Below are positions 37,736 through 48,700 of a DNA stretch of 64,000 nucleotides, one piece after another; position 1 is the first letter of the stretch; every line of letters begins with the position of its first letter. Under the pieces are notes generated by a model that was not told the DNA's origin, did no database searches, and saw only the letters and a list, made by a program, of their open reading frames with translations. The position numbers and the translations under genes are program-made. Source of the DNA: Myxococcota bacterium (lineage in GTDB: Bacteria; Myxococcota_A; SURF-8); contig CAXXQS010000001.1 in assembly GCA_963674735.2 (NCBI GenBank), positions 608,001 to 672,000 of the forward strand, in the 5' to 3' direction.

Positions 37736-40700
37736 ATGCCTCGAATTCTGCCTTTCCTTTTGCTTGGCTGTCTGCTGTTCCTCTCCATTCAAGCTGAAAC
37801 CGTCCATGCGCGCGAAGCGTCGCCGCTGGAATTCGCTTTGGGCCAGGCGTTGCGACCGCTCATCAGCCAGGATCCAACTCAGCTGTCGGATCCGAGTTTG
37901 CTGAAAGCCGCCGAGGCGGCTTTGCTGGCGGAGCGTCCGTTGCTGGCGGAGTGGATCCTACATTCCGTTAAAGACGAAGCGGGGGGGCCTCTGATCGACT
38001 ATCTGCAGTTCGAGGTCTTTCGGCAGTTGGGCGATACACAGGCGGCCTACGAAATGTTGGATGCTCATCTGGGCACGTGGCCGCCCGAGAAGTTTGTCGG
38101 AGAAGATTGGGATGCGCGTATCGGCCGACTCTCCGATTGGCTGTTGGAGCGGGGCGATTTGGAGGTCGGCTGGCCGTGGATCGCGGCGCTGAAAGAACGG
38201 GCTCCTGCGTCGTCACAAATGATCAAACACTGGTTGCGTTGGCTGGCCTTCAAAGACGGTCACGAGGCCGTTCGCCGGAAATTGGCAGCGTTCGACCGTG
38301 AACACGATCCGGCTCTTCTACGGGTTTTGGCCGAAGTTTCCGCTGATGTCGGCTGTATCGATCTGTCGGTGGCATACACCCTGCGGTTGTGGCGTTTAAG
38401 CGAAAACGAAAACGACTGGGCGGCGGCTTATGCGCTGTTTGCGCGAAATGCGTCCAATGGGCTACGCGACAACGTATTGGCGGACCTGATTGCGCGTCAA
38501 CCCGGTTTGAAATTCTGGATGGATTTCAAACTTGCCGACTATGCCGATCCGGATGTCTTGGCCGAATCTATCGCCGATCATCCGGTCGTCTCCGAGGTGG
38601 ATGCATGGCGGAGATCGGCCCTGCTGTGGCGTTTCGGGAAGCGTGGTCGGGCGACAATCGATCTGCCCCCGAAAGAAGACGTGACCGCCGATGCTGAAAA
38701 TTCACGGGTCTTGCTGGATACGCTGTTACCGAGACTGGATGAGCGAAAGGACGTATCCGATACCGATCGAGCCGACTGGATGGCACGGGTGGTGCGGGTT
38801 TGGACGCAACTGGCCGAGGCGGATCCGTCCCCCGAGGCTGCGGCGCTCCGTTTGCTGCAAGCACCCGCTGATCCCGATAAAGCGTTACGTGCCTTGATTG
38901 ACGGGGATCTCGCGACGATGTCGAAGGCGCAAACGCTCATGGCTGCTCTGCTGGAGATTTCCGTTTTAACCCGTCTCGGCGAAACGCAGATGGCGGCGAC
39001 GCGGTTGTCGTTTGCTCTTGACCGGGCCGATGCGGCGAAACAGCGTGTGTTGCTGGAGGAAGTCGCGGCTCTAGCTCGTGCAGGAAATGGGCAAGCCGAA
39101 GGACCGCTGAAGAACCTCGCCATCGAGCAACTGCGGAAGCGGGAAACGCAAAAAGCCGAATCCGAACCGGATTTGCGGACCTTTCTTTTGCATGAAGGTC
39201 TCAAACACCGTTTCGATATGAATCCCTTTCATGCTGCGGCGAACGCGGGCAAACTCTCCACGGTTGTCTACCTCGATTTACTGCGACGCTGTTACGACAC
39301 CTTCGGCGAGCGGGCCTGTTTTCCACGGGATACCGCTTTACCCACGCCGGACAGCCTTACCGACCGATTGCGGCTCCTGGAACTTCTGTTTCGGCTGGAT
39401 CGCCACGAGAATGCATTGGCGATCATGCACAAGATCGAAAACGAAGCCGCCGCTTCGGGTCCGTTGAATCTGGCTCAACGCCTGCTGCCTGCGTACCTTG
39501 ATTTTCGCGACGGGCTGGCCTACGTCAATCGCCGCCGCCGGATCTCGCTCGATATCCACACTCAGTTGATCTTACGTTTGCTGCGACGCCATGTGGACGA
39601 ACAACGCGCCGCTTCCGACTGGGGCCGCGTGTTTGATATTCTCAACCGAATGCAGGGCGATGTGATGCGTGATGAAGCGGCTGCTCAACGCCAGCGGCGC
39701 GAGGCGTTATGGGAGATCGATCGGGATCTCGATGCGGCGGTCTTCGATTTCACGCAGCTTTACACCGCGTTCGGACCGCAATCCGCCGATCTGAACGTGC
39801 GTGTGATGGCCGGATTGGCTGCCAATACAAACCCGGATTTCTTCAAGATATTCTGGGGACAGGTGGGCCGGAGTCTGACGAATGTTTCTGATTTGTCCCA
39901 TTTGGCCTTTATCCTTGTGCGGCGCGAAGATAATGCGTTGCAACGTTCGTTTGACGAGGTCTTAGCCCGTTGGCGACGTGGTTTGGATGCGGAGGACAAG
40001 CCCCTGCAATTTCAAGAGGCTGCCTGGCGTCTTCTCGCTATCTCCGATCGTCAAAAGACGGCGGTGCAGCGACGAAACGAAAAGTCCAAAGAGTACCGTA
40101 GAGCCTTTGACAAAACCATCACGGCTTTAGTGGAACGTCGGGAAAAGCTGTTGGATTATGCCAAACTTCCTTTCAAGCGGCTGGCTCTGAGCTATGCTCC
40201 CACGCCGGATATTCACGGCTTATCGGCGGATGTGATTGCCACGGAATTCATTAACAATGCCTGGGTAATCGAGGATTGCCTGATCGAGTCGGTCGAGAAG
40301 GCCACCCCGTTCCGGTTTGCGCTCGAAATCACGGTGAGCCAGACCGGAACCGTCCAGCGGGTTGCTTTTCGCAACCGGCCGGTGTTGTCGCATGAGACAC
40401 GGACGTGTATCGAGACGCGCTTGATGGGTTTTGCTTTTGAACCACCGGATCCGCCGTTTGGATACACGGTTATCGAGGCGACGGCAGAACCCACCGCCCC
40501 GGAAGGGTGGAGGACACGTGAAATTGAAGCGCGCAAGGCCTGGATATCCCGTGTCATATCTGGATTGAAAGCTCGCTCCGTTTTTCTGGAAAAACAAGCC
40601 GAGCAACGCCTGGAACGAGTACAGGCTTTACAGGATCTGGCCGGACAGTTCATGCGGCTGGGATACCGGATTGCCTATGATTCGGCGCGTTACCGTGAAG

Positions 40701-40864
40701 CAGCCTGGTATATGGGACATGTGGAACGCGACGCCGCATCTGCCGGGCATGTGGAGAATGAAGGTCGTTGGATGATGGCCTGGCAGATCGGCTGGAAAAT
40801 CGGAATCCTGTTTCTGGCGGGATGGCTGGTTGTACGTGTTCGACGCAAGCGGCGCAAAGCTTGA
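37736..40864 (+). CDS. Large exported helical protein with an AgmX/PglI (TonB-C-like) domain and C-terminal membrane anchor
   Basis: Signal peptide; alpha-helical composition; IEDC...ITVSQTGTV...CIETRL..FAFEPP; terminal hydrophobic stretch then RVRRKRRKA. Confidence 0.65.
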   Translation: MPRILPFLLLGCLLFLSIQAETVHAREASPLEFALGQALRPLISQDPTQLSDPSLLKAAEAALLAERPLLAEWILHSVKDEAGGPLIDYLQFEVFRQLGDTQAAYEMLDAHLGTWPPEKFVGEDWDARIGRLSDWLLERGDLEVGWPWIAALKERAPASSQMIKHWLRWLAFKDGHEAVRRKLAAFDREHDPALLRVLAEVSADVGCIDLSVAYTLRLWRLSENENDWAAAYALFARNASNGLRDNVLADLIARQPGLKFWMDFKLADYADPDVLAESIADHPVVSEVDAWRRSALLWRFGKRGRATIDLPPKEDVTADAENSRVLLDTLLPRLDERKDVSDTDRADWMARVVRVWTQLAEADPSPEAAALRLLQAPADPDKALRALIDGDLATMSKAQTLMAALLEISVLTRLGETQMAATRLSFALDRADAAKQRVLLEEVAALARAGNGQAEGPLKNLAIEQLRKRETQKAESEPDLRTFLLHEGLKHRFDMNPFHAAANAGKLSTVVYLDLLRRCYDTFGERACFPRDTALPTPDSLTDRLRLLELLFRLDRHENALAIMHKIENEAAASGPLNLAQRLLPAYLDFRDGLAYVNRRRRISLDIHTQLILRLLRRHVDEQRAASDWGRVFDILNRMQGDVMRDEAAAQRQRREALWEIDRDLDAAVFDFTQLYTAFGPQSADLNVRVMAGLAANTNPDFFKIFWGQVGRSLTNVSDLSHLAFILVRREDNALQRSFDEVLARWRRGLDAEDKPLQFQEAAWRLLAISDRQKTAVQRRNEKSKEYRRAFDKTITALVERREKLLDYAKLPFKRLALSYAPTPDIHGLSADVIATEFINNAWVIEDCLIESVEKATPFRFALEITVSQTGTVQRVAFRNRPVLSHETRTCIETRLMGFAFEPPDPPFGYTVIEATAEPTAPEGWRTREIEARKAWISRVISGLKARSVFLEKQAEQRLERVQALQDLAGQFMRLGYRIAYDSARYREAAWYMGHVERDAASAGHVENEGRWMMAWQIGWKIGILFLAGWLVVRVRRKRRKA

Positions 40865-40883
40865 GCGAGAGTCCGACCCAATC

Positions 40884-40914
40884 AAAAAAACAGGCGACCA
40901 TCCGGCCGCCTGTT
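40884..40914 (-). terminator. Intrinsic terminator of the cyclophilin gene
   Basis: Minus strand AACAGGCGGCC-GGAT-GGTCGCCTGTTTTTTT. Confidence 0.75.
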
Positions 40915-40943
40915 GTCGTTTTCGACCTGCGCGTTATGACTTA

Positions 40944-41582
40944 CTATTTTTCGATGATGCGGACTTTCTTCAGCACGACGTTTTCCATCGGTTTGTCGCG
41001 GGCGTCGCGCGGGACGCGAGCGATGGCTTTTGCGATATCGAGGCCTTTGGTCACTTCACCGAAAATCGTGTGGCGGTTATTGAGGTGCGGCGTCGGGACT
41101 TCGGTGATGAAGAACTGGCTGCCATTGGTATTGGGTCCGGCATTGGCCATGGCCAGCAGACCCGGTCGATCGAATTTGAGGCTTGCGTTGAATTCATCTT
41201 CGAAACGGTAGCCGGGACCGCCCGTGCCGTTTCCTTTCGGATCGCCCGCCTGAATCATGAAGTTGGGGATGACACGATGGAAAATGGTGCCGTCGTAGAG
41301 GGGCTTTTTCACTTTTTGGAGGGTTTTCGGGTCGACCCATTCTTTCTCACCTTTGGCCAGTTCGACGAAATTCTTGACGGTCTTCGGCGCTTTGTCGGGG
41401 AACAGCTTGATGTGGATGTCACCGAGACTGGTTTCGAGAATCGCCGTCAGGTTCTCAGGCATCGCCTTTTCGACCTTTTTGGCTGGAGCCGCGGGTTCTT
41501 TTTCCTGGGTGGCGCCATTGCTGCTGCAGCCGGCGGTCAACAACCAGGCGAACGCCAACAAAATTACTAACGTTTTCTTCAT
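40944..41582 (-). CDS. Cyclophilin-type peptidyl-prolyl cis-trans isomerase, lipoprotein
   Basis: [39 protein letters not shown]; lipobox TAGC. Confidence 0.95.
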   Translation of the reverse strand: MKKTLVILLAFAWLLTAGCSSNGATQEKEPAAPAKKVEKAMPENLTAILETSLGDIHIKLFPDKAPKTVKNFVELAKGEKEWVDPKTLQKVKKPLYDGTIFHRVIPNFMIQAGDPKGNGTGGPGYRFEDEFNASLKFDRPGLLAMANAGPNTNGSQFFITEVPTPHLNNRHTIFGEVTKGLDIAKAIARVPRDARDKPMENVVLKKVRIIEK

Positions 41583-41624
41583 TCCAACCTCCTTGATTCG
41601 ATTTATCTTTCTCGACGGAGAAAA

Positions 41625-41652
41625 AGCATAGCCGGTTTTGCCGATCCTGCAA
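41625..41652 (-). promoter_or_regulatory. Putative sigma70 promoter for the cyclophilin gene
   Basis: Minus strand TTGCAG-16 bp-TATGCT. Confidence 0.45.
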
Positions 41653-41682
41653 GAATTTTCGTACTAAAAAGGGCCGACCCTT

Positions 41683-42381
41683 TCAGGTTGATACACGAGT
41701 GGCTTGCTGACTATTGGGACTACGCAACAAAATGGCCGAAACGATGGGCATATCGAAATCACTGACATGCCCATGGAGTCCATCCGGTGAAAACGTCTGA
41801 AAATGCTTGAATATTTTCAGCTCGTGCCGGTCGAAACCGATGAAGTCGAAAGGGACCGGATTGCGGTCGGGTGCGTGCAAAGGGCATTGATCCGCTAGAA
41901 TCAGCTTAGAAACCGGATCTTTGAAAGGCAATCCCTGAAAGCGGCAGATGGAAGGCCGATAGTCGTAAGCGAGGCAGGTGCCTTTGTCGCTCAGGAAGAG
42001 GCAAGGAGTCTGATCGAAACGGGAAAAAAAATCGGATGTTTCCATATTCTCCGGTTGATCGGCTATCCGATGAGGAAACGGCCAGCCGCAGGCTTCGAGT
42101 TCGCGGCTCTGCTCCTTTGCGCGGATATGAATGTCAGCCGCAAACACGGAATCAGGCGCATAGAAGGCCAGAAGCAGGATATCGAGAATGGAAACTTCGA
42201 ATAATCCCAGGCAACAATCGTGGCATCCTCTGTGACAAAAAACTGTAATATCATCATGTTGCGTGGCTTGGAGAAAGTGTGCATCGATGCTTTGCAGTCG
42301 GTCCAGATAGCGTCGCAAATCAAACCGGAGCTGGGTGTGTTGGGCCAAGTTTCGAATCTTGTCTTCAAATAGCTTGGGCAT
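41683..42381 (-). CDS. YkgJ family Cys-cluster (CxxxCxxCC) protein
   Basis: CHRGCHDCC, CLFL, CLAYDYRPSICR..G.P. Confidence 0.8.
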   Translation of the reverse strand: MPKLFEDKIRNLAQHTQLRFDLRRYLDRLQSIDAHFLQATQHDDITVFCHRGCHDCCLGLFEVSILDILLLAFYAPDSVFAADIHIRAKEQSRELEACGWPFPHRIADQPENMETSDFFSRFDQTPCLFLSDKGTCLAYDYRPSICRFQGLPFKDPVSKLILADQCPLHAPDRNPVPFDFIGFDRHELKIFKHFQTFSPDGLHGHVSDFDMPIVSAILLRSPNSQQATRVST

Positions 42382-42450
42382 GCACGCGATTGTAGATGAA
42401 GATCATTAAAAATTCTAGTGAAATGACTATCCCTCAAACGGATTGTTGCA

Positions 42451-42480
42451 TTGACAAGGCATTTTCAGGTGTTTTACAAT
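42451..42480 (+). promoter_or_regulatory. Putative sigma70 promoter for the giant-protein operon
   Basis: TTGACA-18 bp-TACAAT, about 300 nt upstream of ATG 42777. Confidence 0.55.
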
Positions 42481-42776
42481 AGTCGAAACGAGGTATTGGG
42501 ATGCATGAAGATGCCAAACGGTTGCTGTCGAGGTCGCAGGTATGAATATTGCATCCAATAATATATGGAAGAATGGGAGCTAGGGTCCGACAGTATTTGT
42601 AACCAGATCGGATGTTAGGCTTGTTATTGTTAAGTAAAAACAAGGTGTTGGTGGGATTCCCGGCAGAGACACGGCGGAGGTCGTTCTGTGAGGGGTGAAA
42701 AATATTTTGAAAATACGCAAAAAATGCGAGCCGGTATGCTAGGCTTACCGCATAACCATTCCGGGCGAGGTGAGAA

Positions 42777-45700
42777 ATGAATAGCCGAGACGCCAAGACA
42801 GGGTGGCTGACGTGGGTCGTTTTATTGGGTCTGGTGTTGTCGATGATGATTATGGGCAATGCTTGGGCTGCGGGTCCTTGCGATCCCTGTGTAAACACGA
42901 CACAGTGCGGCGGTGGCTACGATTGCTGGGATTACAATAGCGGGGGGACCGCGACCTTGGTTGTCCCGTCTGGGTATAATGGGTTTTGTATGAAATCCTG
43001 CCTGTATTACGATGCCGTAGCCGAAAAATACAAGGCACGTTCCGACTCTTGGTGCACCAGTAATGCTGGGTATCCCAGCAATGAATGCAAGTATTGGGTG
43101 CCTTATGGTAGCACGGTTCCACAGGCGAAATGTCTGCCCAACGTGGCGTTCGTTACAATCGAATGTACGACCGGGAATCCGACCTATCAAGATTCATGTG
43201 AAAATGATTGGCGAACGGATTATTGCGCAATTGACGAACATTGCGTTCCGGGTACGCCACAATGCAAAAGCGACAATGAGGCGGATGCCTATGATCCAGA
43301 AACCAATCCCAATCCCTGCTCGAATGGCGAAGACGATGACCTCGACGGTTACTACGATTGTCTGGATAGTGATTGTGATGGAGCTTTGAACTGCGCAGGG
43401 AATCAGTGTGAGTCCTGTAACGACAATGCGGATTGCAGTACGGGAGACTTGGTTAGTTTTGTCTGTCATGATGACGGGTATGGAAAAGTTTGTACGCAGG
43501 AATGCGATGCTTTCACTTGCGGCCCAGGCGCGACTTGCAAGAATGTCGCCGGTCAAGATCTGTGCATTCCGGATGTTCGCGAGTATATTTGTGCCGGACA
43601 AGAGCTCCGATCGGTTAATTATTGCAATGCAAACCTTCTGGTTGATGTGTGTGATGTCGATCATATTTGCAATGAACTTCTGGGTGAATGTGAGCTCATT
43701 ACGGCACTTGAGAGTGTGTGCAACGACGGGTTTGATGACAATTTCAACGGATTGACGGATTGTGACGATCTTGGGTGCAGAGATTATCCCGACTGTCCGT
43801 CGCCCGAAGTTGTCCACCCTACGCTGCGCAGCAATCATGGGGGGGGGATTTGGCATTTTACCGCAGCCGACGATGGTACGGAAATTTCCGATTATCACTA
43901 CAATATCAGTGAGTTTATCATTGATGAAGGTGTTACGATCAACGTTTCACCTCAGAAAAAACTATATATCAAAGCAAACAAAATAACCATCAACGGTACG
44001 ATCGATGCCGACGAAGCCGGTATGCCGGGAGGAAAAGGAAGTCCGACGAAAGATGCCGGGGCTGACGGTTCCTCGCACCATTTGGGTGGAAATGCGGGTG
44101 AACAGGCCAGCGCAAACGCGGGTCGCATGGACCCTCAGGCTCTTGAATATGTCATGTTTGCGTTCGAGGAGGATGGTGCGACCTTACCCGAGGAGTTTTA
44201 CTTTGAACTCGGCGGTGGTTTCGGTACTCCCGGCGGGCAGGCTGAGCTGAATTTGGATGATGTGCCCAGCTATTGTTCGGTTGGTTGTGATTGCGGTTGG
44301 ACTGGTAGCTGTTCTTGCAACAAGGGGAGTGGTGCTGTTTGCTCCGGTGGTGGCGGTGGTGGCGGCACGGGTGGCGGTTATATGACAAATGGATGTCAAG
44401 GCAATGATGCCGCGCCTGGTTTTCAGCCGACGTCTTTAACGAGTGTTCACTGTAACGGTGGAGATGGTGGCTCGGGGGCGGAAGTAACGAGCTCTTTCAG
44501 CGACTACGATCGTTACGGCTGGCTGCTGATGGGATCCGGTGGCGCGGGTGGTGGTTCCGGGGCCGGAAACGGATCGGGAGACGGTGCTCCCGGCGGAGAC
44601 GGCGGTGGTGCCGTTGCCCTTGAAGCGACGGAGTGGATTCATCTCGGTGCCAACGCGGTCATCACCGCAAATGGTGGGTCGGGCCTTTTTACTGGAACGG
44701 CGAGTGAGCCGGATGTCCTCGATGGCGCGGCATGCGAGAATTGTGATGAAGCGACCGGCGAAGCTTGTACAAACTACTATTTCGGTGGTGGATGTGGTGG
44801 GGGTAGCGGTTCCGGCTCGGGAGGCGGGATCTTGCTGGCGGCTCCGGACGTTTCACTCAATGACGGTGCCAGTCTATCTGCCAAGGGTGGGGTTGGTCAC
44901 AATTTGAATTGGTGGCAGATGGAGATCGTCATCGATCTTTTCTTTTTCGTCATAGAGTTGGGATATATCGTTTGTGAGCCGACGAGTGGAGATATCAGCT
45001 ATGATGGCGCGGGAGGCGCGGGTGTCGTCAAGGTTTTTGATGACGACGGGGTGAATGATTTTTGTTATGGTGATGGTTGTGCCGATATCTCCGGTTGTGG
45101 TGCGGCCAATGTCGCTCCGCAGTATCACGCACTTCAGGATTTGACGGTTCGCGTTCGCTACGCAAGCGACCCCGATGGTCCCGATGTCGATACCTATCCC
45201 TACGTGGTAGATGGCATCGAGTATACAGGCACAACAACTTTATCCGTTGTGCCTGGAGGAGAGTACTCGTTTAGCGCGGCTTTGACCCATTCTTATTTGG
45301 ACGGCGATCAGACCCGCTACTCCAGTTTTGTCGAGTGGTCGCTTGACCCTTATGATCCGTTAACGCCGGAAGCCCCTCCGAAAACGACGGTTCGCGATTA
45401 CATGATCACCGACGAAAGTGTTGTCACCCTTTATGTTCTTGCCGAGACATACTATTTGTGGGATGGCAGTCGAAGCTCTGAATGGTCGGAACCGGAAAAC
45501 TGGCAGTTGTGCGCAGTCGATTCGGTGAATTGCACACCCGACTCGAACGGCTATCCGGCTTTCATCGCCCCCTGTCTTTTGCCTGGGGATATCAACAGCC
45601 ATTCGGTCAAAGTGTTGACCAATGATACAGAGGGCGGATCGTCTTATGCCAGCACCCTGTACATTACGGGAGACCTTTACTGTAAAGACATGGAAATCGG

Positions 45701-48700
45701 GCACGAAGCGAATGTGATGTTTGCGATGGATCAACCAACCGCTGTTGAGCTTGATGAGTGTCACGATTTGGTTATGCCTGAATGCGATCCGGGTGATGAG
45801 ATTGTTTGCTTCGACAATGCTTTTGTGTGCAGCGGGTTTGGCCAGTGCGTCAATTCGTGTACCGAAGATTGGCAATGCATGCTCATTCAACCGAATGCGG
45901 TTTGCGATTCGAATGTTTGCACCATTCCTCTCGACCAAAGATGCTATGGCGGCGAGTTCAGTTGTGTCGACAGCCAATGCGTCAACACTTGCTCCTCGGA
46001 TTCTCAGTGCCAGGCGGCCAATCCCAAATACACCTGTGAGGGGAGTACCTGTGTTTACAATCCGGCGAGTGAAGGGGCTTCCAACCTGACGATTGGTGGC
46101 ACTTTCGTCGTACGTGGCGACCTCGGAGGTGAATCCGACGATCCGATTGAAGGAAATGTCATCACGGTAAACGGCAATACTCAGCTTGGTCCGCTTGAGG
46201 GACAACTTGGCTTGGCGCAACTTTACCTGAACAATGCAACCATTGTTGCCAACGGAAATCTGGTTGTGACGAACCGCGCCCGTATTTATCGAGAAAATGC
46301 AGTCGGCGACACGGATGCGGCGATCCAAGTCGGAGGTGGTCTTGTCGATGATCCGGGAACGGCGCAATTGGAAGCGACGCTGATCGATTTCCGTTCACAA
46401 GATTACGATGCCGGTCTGTTCCGCATTCAACTGGCGGGAGCCGATCGAAACGTACAGTTGGAGTCGAGTTTCGGACCTATCATCGACGAACAGATTTCGG
46501 AAAGAAATTTAGGTGTTTTGGATGTTGCCCGAGGTGTTTTGCATATCGGCGGTAATACCGTAACATTAAGTGAATCCCTACAGGTCGGTGCGGAAGGCAA
46601 GGTGGTTCTCGGGGCAAGTTCCAGTCTGCGAGTTATTGGTAACGGTGACCTGGCCACGGCGAAGCCCATCGTGCTTAGTGACCGTGGGGCGCTTTCGGAT
46701 GCAATCGTCAGTGATGGTGGCTCTTTATGGGTCGGACCGTTCAATTATAACTATGCAATCAGTGTTCCTGCCGCACATGCCAGTGTTATCGACTTCGGCG
46801 TCAACGCCCGGGTCACGTTGAACGAAGGAACATTTTTCTATATCGATAACCTGGAAAAATGTACCGGCTGGGATTTGGATCTCGATCAGGCTGCCTATCT
46901 GGTCGCCGATCAAACTCGGTTTGAAATCGACAACGATCTGACGATCACTTCGCCGGGACTTCTGAATGTAACGGATTGTGAGTTTAATGCCGGTGCCGGT
47001 TACCAGGAATTTGACCCAAGCAACCCGGTGACGTGTCAGTCCGGTGAAATTCAACGTCCGGGTGACTTTACGGTAACGGATCCGAGTTCAACGTGTACAG
47101 AGCAGACTTGTAGCATCGATGCCGCGACCGAAATCGAGTTCCCCGGTTTTGCTTTCTCAACGATGGGGGAGTTTGAAGATATCGGCGGAAAACTGGTGCC
47201 GACCAGTGATGGTGCCGAGATTGGCGGCAACGCGGCTTTCGATGAGTTGCGGGTCAATGTGGACTTGGTCATCCCATCCGGTGCAAGCCCGATTTTCGAG
47301 GATCTCGTTTACGTCCAGAATGACGGCAAACTGGAGGTTCGTCCGGGCGGCGTACTGCGTTTCGGTAATGATGCCGTGATGGAAGTCTGGGGCGAGCTGG
47401 ATATGCGGGGCACTTACGTAAGTGACACCGACATCACGTATGCGATGTTGTCACATCGTCTGGATGATGAGACGTCGACTTACACGGTGAATATTGAGCT
47501 GGGAGGAACGATCAAGGCTAGCTATGCCATCTTCGAATATATGGGAGTCACGGGGCTGACGGTCAAAGATGGAGCGACGGTCGATGTAACCGATAACTTC
47601 AGCCACTGTCGGTTCCGTTATAGCTATCATCCTAGTAGTTACAGGATGCTGGCTATTGATAATAGCCAGGAACTTATCATTGATGGTGCGCGGTTTATTT
47701 CGAACGTACATCCCAGTAGCTTTGGTGGGTTGCATAACGCTGCCAAACAATACGATCAGGGTGTGCTCGTGTTCATCAATGAGCGCTGCGATCCTGACAA
47801 TGTTCCGATGGATAACCTTGACTGTGTCGGCGGGGACAACTGGGATATCAGCGGGGAACTCTACGATCAAGAAAGTTATGTCGGCGTACGGCTGGAGCGG
47901 ATTTATTGGACGCCCGGTTTGTCGGTTTCCGATTACAAAGCGGTTGTTTACGATCGCTATGCGCCGCTGAATTCTGAAAAGAGCTATATCCTGTTTGGAA
48001 TCGAAAACATCAATAACCCGACGAGTACGGAGTATTGCATCAAAGACAACCTGACCGACGTGATCCTGGGATCGGATTACCGACTGTCGGCTGCGACTTG
48101 TGATGCGAATTGGGGAAATAAGGAATTCTGGGGCGGTGGCGGTGGAGTTATGATCGAAGTGCCGGATCGGTCCAGCTTCCAATTTGCGGCTAAGTCGCGC
48201 CTGGTTATCGAAAATGATGTGGGGGGTCCTCTTTATACTTATCCCGCGAGTGACTGGGTGGTTTCGGATGCAACGGTTGGTCCGACCGGCGATCGTACGC
48301 CATCGGACCCGACTGCGGCTGCCGCGGTTATCGCCACTCCGCAAACCATCGATCCGGAAGATCGCAACATTGGTCTGGCTTGGGGATTGCTGGGCGACCC
48401 CGGAGCGGGTGAAGATTCCACGTGGGATGTCAAGTTTGCCGCTTTGCGCGGAGTGGGCCCCAATAGCCTTGGGGATATGGCCGGATTGCCGAATCATGGT
48501 CACGTGCTGGCGGATGTCCCGTCAGATTTCACTCCCGTCAAAGGCTTCTGGGATAACTTCGAGATGGAATACGAAGGTGCTCCGCCTTGGCAATATTCTC
48601 CTCAATGCGCTTGGACGCGGGAGAATTCCGTTCTCAAGGGAGAAAATCCCGGACAGAGCGGCTGTGCCGAAGGCGAATACTATTCGCGAATTTTGTTCAA

